From Podarcis melisellensis (lineage: Eukaryota), in assembly GCA_964234715.1 (NCBI GenBank), contig OZ174279.1: DNA of 64,000 bases. One strand, given 5' to 3'. The translations under genes and the position numbers were made by a program. This document shows positions 62,701-64,000 of this stretch, piece after piece. The notes beneath the pieces were generated by a model, which was not told the DNA's origin, made no database searches, and was given only the letters and a program-made list of their open reading frames with translations. Position 1 is the first letter of the stretch. Each line of letters begins with the position of its first letter.

Positions 62701-63632
62701 AGTTTTATACGGTTCGATATGATTTTTGATCTATTAATGAAACCATGTGCAATACTAAGCACCTCAAAGTTGAGTGAATCATTTGTGTAATCAATGAGCA
62801 TCAATTCTTTCAAGTGGTTCTCAGACAAACATATAACATGAACTCCCACTCCAGCTATGGTGAAGTTCAAGTTGACTGCACAGAAATCAATCCTTGGTCT
62901 CAAATGCTGTTTTTTTGTTGTTGCTGTTCTAATGCAGCATACATACATAGAATGGCATTTGTGATTTCTTTTGTTCCTTGCATGTCAATACACGTGCATT
63001 CATGAAACCTTTCATATACTGGTAGAGTAATACGTCTGCAGATGAAACATAATTCCTTTTTTTTTTTTTGCATAACTATCTGCATTTTTGCTAGGCACGC
63101 CTTCTTATACCATTAAAATGGATATTGGTTTTGGAATGGGGTTTCCATTTTGTCTTTGTTTTCACCTGGTTGCAATGATTCTCTGACCACCATGGGCACA
63201 ATTCAGGCAAAGCTAAGCACATTTAAGGCCTGTTGATTTCCATAGGTGAGTTTGGTTTGTGCTTGGCTCTCCCTCATTGAAATCAGTGGGACCTGTGTGC
63301 TTAATGCTGGTGAAATTTGTCCTGCTGAAATGCAATCATGGTCGTAGATCCGGGTTTCAGTCTCTTCTACAACCATGCTCTCGGAAAACTCCAAAATATT
63401 TTGATCACTGCTGTGGTAAAGCTGCTCACTGCCTACATAAATGTCAAAAGCACCACAATAAATTAATATTAACTGCAGTGTTAGTATTAAATTTGGTACT
63501 AGCTGCAAAAGTACCCTTAATACATAGTATTTCGTTAAAAAAATATTAAAGTAAATACTGTATATTGGAACTTGCTTGTAAAGATGATTTAAAAACTTGT
63601 ATGTAAAGACTTTACTCAGTGTTGCTTTAGTG

Positions 63633-63638
63633 AATAAA
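63633..63638 (+). terminator. Distal polyadenylation signal AATAAA
   Basis: AATAAA preceded by several TGTA elements (63559, 63577, 63597, 63602) and followed ~15-30 nt later by GU-rich TGTCTTTGTGTGTT. Confidence 0.7.
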
Positions 63639-64000
63639 ATTCATAATTCTGAATGTCTTTGTGTGTTAGCAGTCATTTGTCTTCATTTTTGTGGTTTGCT
63701 TGGGTAGATTCTGGGAGATGCAGAGTGTTCTGGATCTTAATTTTAAAATGAGCATTCTGCCGCCTAGTGTTATCAACAGAAATCTGAACAAATCACAATC
63801 CATTGGCTCATCTGAAATTGAATGTAATTTTAGATGAACAGAATAATGGAAATAATGGGGTAGGGACAACAATGGGTCCTACAAAAATGTTTTGAACACG
63901 TCCAGTCAAAAGTTAATGCAACTGCATTCAGTCGAACTTACTCCCAAGCTATGCATAGGAATTCAGTCATGCTAATTTTAATAAACTGAGTATTACTACG

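Larger units (their letters stand above)
58819..63660 (+). other. CCSER2: CCSER2 long 3' UTR
   Basis: About 4.8 kb of AT-rich sequence after the stop, with no recognisable transposon insertions (unlike the introns), ending at AATAAA plus a GU-rich tract. Confidence 0.65.

Overview
Vertebrate genomic DNA, most likely from a squamate (probably lacertid) lizard, judged from Sauria SINEs and CR1, L2, Bov-B, Penelope and hAT repeats. The window holds one complete + strand gene, CCSER2 (FAM190B/Gcap14). It has a CpG-island promoter and non-coding exon 1 (~11.5-12.0 kb), ten coding exons between 20285 and 58818, and a ~4.8 kb 3' UTR ending near 63.65 kb. All splice phases were checked by hand and join into a 1041-aa isoform (exon 10 skipped) or an 831-aa isoform (85-nt exon 10 included, which shifts the reading frame of the last exon). 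The most notable observations are: (1) the dual-frame terminal exon switch; (2) a 549-bp polyadenylated retroposon with an L1-like 5' end, inserted with a perfect 19-bp TSD into the B box of a Sauria SINE; (3) a Penelope-type hammerhead ribozyme core upstream of the promoter; (4) 8mer sites for all four miR-17~92 seed families in the 3' UTR, most of them removable by proximal polyadenylation; (5) a candidate RFX/NF-Y internal promoter in intron 3; (6) stop-start-overlapping uORFs. I found no prokaryote-type systems, and nearly all other ORF-track entries look like chance ORFs. Family assignments come from recalled motifs, not database searches.
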